A stretch of 64,000 bases of DNA from positions 9,052,001 through 9,116,000 of the forward strand of contig OX597842.1 of the NCBI GenBank assembly GCA_951406725.2, written 5' to 3'. The DNA comes from Octopus vulgaris. Its lineage: Eukaryota. The position numbers and the translations under genes were made by a program. Positions 60,162 to 64,000 of this stretch are shown piece after piece; within the stretch, counting starts at the first letter, position 1; each line of letters opens with the position of its first letter. Below the pieces are notes generated by a model. That model ran no database searches. It was given only the letters and a program-made list of their open reading frames with translations, and was not told where the DNA came from.

Positions 60162-61235
60162 TTTATACACATATATATATATACATACAACTATATATGC
60201 TTGCGTATGCGCTTACATATGCATATATCTATGTACATACATATATATATATACAGATACAAATATAATACATACCCATATATTTGTATGTGTATGTGCA
60301 TGTATGTTTGTGTGTATGTGTGTGCGTGTGCATATGCATACTTTTAACAGTTTTCTCACTGAAACAATATATAATACTCGCAATGACTTGGGTAAACAGA
60401 TTTTAAATCAATTTAAACTAATTTAATACAGATCCATTATGCATCACAACTATGTGCATTAATTATGGAAATACTGATGTTTATCCTAACGAAACAGCTG
60501 TTGAGCTCAATTATGTAGTATAATATAAACTTATGTTTTTCTACTTTTATTCTAAATATGTTGCCTTTTAATATCATTTTACCTGAACATGAATATGCAT
60601 GCAAATTGGCCCGCACCTGGATTTGCTGCAATATGAACAATTAACTCATACCTGTCACTCAGCATAGGTATATAAATCCCAAAATGGCTTACATATAATT
60701 ACATATAACTACAATAAGGGGTACCCATATGGTACTTAAGGTGGAACATCTTCTAATGTTCCCTCTTCAGATATCTTTACCTTAGGCGAGGAGTGGCTGT
60801 GTGGTAAGTAGCTTGCTTGCAAACCATATGGTTCTGGGTTCAGTCCCACTGTGTGGCACCTTGGGCAAGTGTCTTCTACTATAGCCTCAGGCCAACCAAA
60901 GCCTTGTGAGTGGATTTGGTAGACGGAAACTGAAAGAAGCCTGCCATATATATGTATATCATCATCATCATCATCGTTTAACGTCCGTTTTCGTTGCTAG
61001 CATGGGTTGGACGGTTTGACCGGAGTCTGGGAAGCCAGGAGGCTGCACCAGGCTCCAGTCTGATCTGGCAGTATTTCTACAGCTGGATGCCCTTCCTAAT
61101 GCCAACAACTCCGTAGGTGTAGTGGGTGCTTTTTACGTGCCAGGGGAGGCTGGTAATGGCCACGATTGGTTGGTGATTTTTACGTGCCACCGGCACGGAG
61201 GCCAGTCAAGGTGGCGCTGGCATCGACCACATACA

Positions 61236-61342
<107 letters not shown>

Positions 61343-62109
61343 GCGTTAGGAAGGGCATCCAGCTGTAGAAACACTGCCAGATCAGACTGGAGCCTGGTGC
61401 AGCCCTGGCTTCCCAGACTCCGGTTGAACCGTCCAACCCGTGCTAGCGCGGAAAACGGACGTTAAACGATGATGATGATGATGATGATATATATATGTAT
61501 GTGTGTGTATATGTCCCCCCCCCACCCAACATCGCTTGACAACTGATGCTGGTGTGTTTACGTCCACATAACTTAGCGGTTTAGCAAGAGACTGATAGAA
61601 TAAGTACTAGGCTTATAAAGAATAAATCCTGGGGTCGATTTGCTCGACTTAAGGCGGTGCTCCAGCATGGCCACAGTCACATGACTGCAACAAGTAAAAG
61701 AGTAATTACTAGAAGAAGAACATGGTCAGTCAGAACACGGTTTCTATAGTTGGATGCCCTTCCTGTTGCCAACCCTCATTTATTTCCAAGCAAGGTAATA
61801 ATTTCCCCTGGCTAGACATGTCTTGCAGAATATTCCTTTCTACAATAAGCACAAGGCCAGGAATTTTGTGGGGAGGGAGTAAGTCGATAACATCGACCCC
61901 GGTGTTTCACTGGGACTTATTGATCTCGAAAGTATGAAAGGCAAAGTTGATCCTGGCGGCATTTGAAGTCAGAACATGAAATCAGATGAAATACCACTAA
62001 GCATTTTGCCCAGCATGATAATAATTCTGCCAGCTCGTATTTGCAGATTATTGGAAATAGATGAAATTCATTTACAACTTTACAATATTGCGATGCCAGT
62101 ACAAGGAGA

Positions 62110-62903
62110 CATACACATACATACATACATACATACATACATTCATACATACACACATATATACATGCATACACACATACATACACACATACATACATAC
62201 ATACATACATACACACATACATACATACACACATACATACATACATACATACACACATACATACATATATACATGCATACACACATACATACACACATAC
62301 ATACATACATACATACATACATACATACATACACACACACATACATACATACATACATACATACATACATAAACACACATTCATACATACATACATACAT
62401 ACATACATACATACATACACACATACATACATACATACATACATACACACATACATACATACACACATACATACATACATTCATACATACATACATACAT
62501 TCATACATACATACACACATACATACACACATACATACATACATACATACATACATACATGCATACACACATACATACATACATACATACATACATACAT
62601 ACATACATACATACATACATACACACATACATACATACATACATACATACATACATACATACATACATACACACACACACATACATACATACATACATAC
62701 ATGCATACATACATACATACATACACACATACATACATACATACACACATACATACATACATATATACATACATACATTCATACATACATAGAATTACAC
62801 ACATACATACATAAACACACATACATACACACATGCAAACATATACATACATACATACATACATACATACAAACATACATACATACATACATACATACAT
62901 ACA

Positions 62904-62932
<29 letters not shown>
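62110..62932. repeat. (CATA)n microsatellite
   Basis: Direct reading. Confidence 0.97.
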
Positions 62933-62934
<2 letters not shown>

Positions 62935-64000
62935 TGTTGCTATTATGTTAAACTGTCGTATGTCTAAATTTTACCAAATTCGTTTTTTTCAATATTTATC
63001 TTTGCTTCCAATAACCAGTTCTTTTGGTCAAACTATCGTATCTCCAGCTGCTTCAGATGCCAAGATATCAAAAATTGTCAAAGTGTAATACAGCGGTCAG
63101 ATTCTGCACCATGCTGAACCATCATCATCATCATTATTTAACATCTGCTTTCCATGCTGGTATGGGTTGATCCATTTGACTGGAGCTGACCAGCTGAAGG
63201 ACTGTTTGGGCTCCCTGTCTGTTTTGGCATGGTTTCTATGGTTGGATGCCCTTCCATATGCCAACCAAGGTACAGAGTGCACTGGGTGGTTTTACGCAGC
63301 ACTGGTGTGGGTGTTTTTTTTACGAGGCACCAGCATTTACGAGCCCACAAAATACCGTTCAAGGATTTGAACCTGGAGATCTCCATTTCCAGCGACTTCG
63401 AGGGCCACCTCCCAGTGGTGTCGGGCGTCAAAGAAGAGCTCTTGACTACAAGACTACCAAATTTTTTTTTTCCCAATGTCTGGGGTCTCCTGCCCCTAAG
63501 CCCTAGACCATCACCTAATCACCCTTACCCGTCTTGTTGCTTAACAACAACAACATTGAGTGAAAACACCTAAAGCTCCACGAGGCTCCGGCAGGGGTGG
63601 TGGCAACCCCTGTTGTACTCTTTCACCCCAACTTTCTCTCACTCTTTCTTCCTATTTCTTGTCCCCGACTTCCTATGCAACCGCTGAGCCTGGATGCACA
63701 TTCATCCATCCATCGATGCTCTTGGTGTCGGGGGTTGACCGACTTTCTCTTCTGCGGGTCTTACGAATAGCAAAGGACCTCATTTCAGACTTCTCCCGAG
63801 GGACGAAGACCACTTTGCTCAACAAACAACAACAACAACAGCCCACAAAATTAGGGATGCTCAGCTGTAGAGGGTTGCAAAGGATGAGCCTGTATGCAGG
63901 GGCAACATCATTTTTACTTAGCTTGACATGGCTTTTCAAGCACAGCAAACTGCCAGGGGTTTTGGTCCCCTGTCAACCCCTCTGTGAGTTCCAACATCTG

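Overview
Eukaryotic, AT-rich, microsatellite- and SINE-dense DNA. The repeat landscape (tRNA-derived SINEs, (TA)n/(CA)n/(AAT)n tracts) suggests a cephalopod, probably Octopus; this is inference. Almost all listed ORFs are microsatellite artefacts. The window is mostly intron of one minus-strand Rab26/Rab37-family GTPase gene with six visible coding exons. Its G-domain appears modular. There are two alternative 111-nt P-loop/switch-I exons (53314-53424, and 27764-27874 with its own first exon at 35807-35959), one shared 42-nt exon (18512-18553), and two duplicated 67-nt switch-II exons (12307-12373 and 1501-1567) that cannot both be included in frame. Up to four G-domain variants are possible. 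A second system sits in the introns: many fold-back (long inverted repeat) elements inserted in (TA)n tracts, many carrying minimal type-I hammerhead ribozyme motifs of the Penelope-like-element kind. Across families, core positions 3 and 8 show all four Watson-Crick combinations (C-G, G-C, A-U, U-A). Also present: RTE, R4/Dong-like and CR1/L2-like LINE fragments, mariner remnants, a hAT MITE with TSD, non-autonomous Helitrons and tandem repeats. All structures were read by eye; no searches or folding were run.
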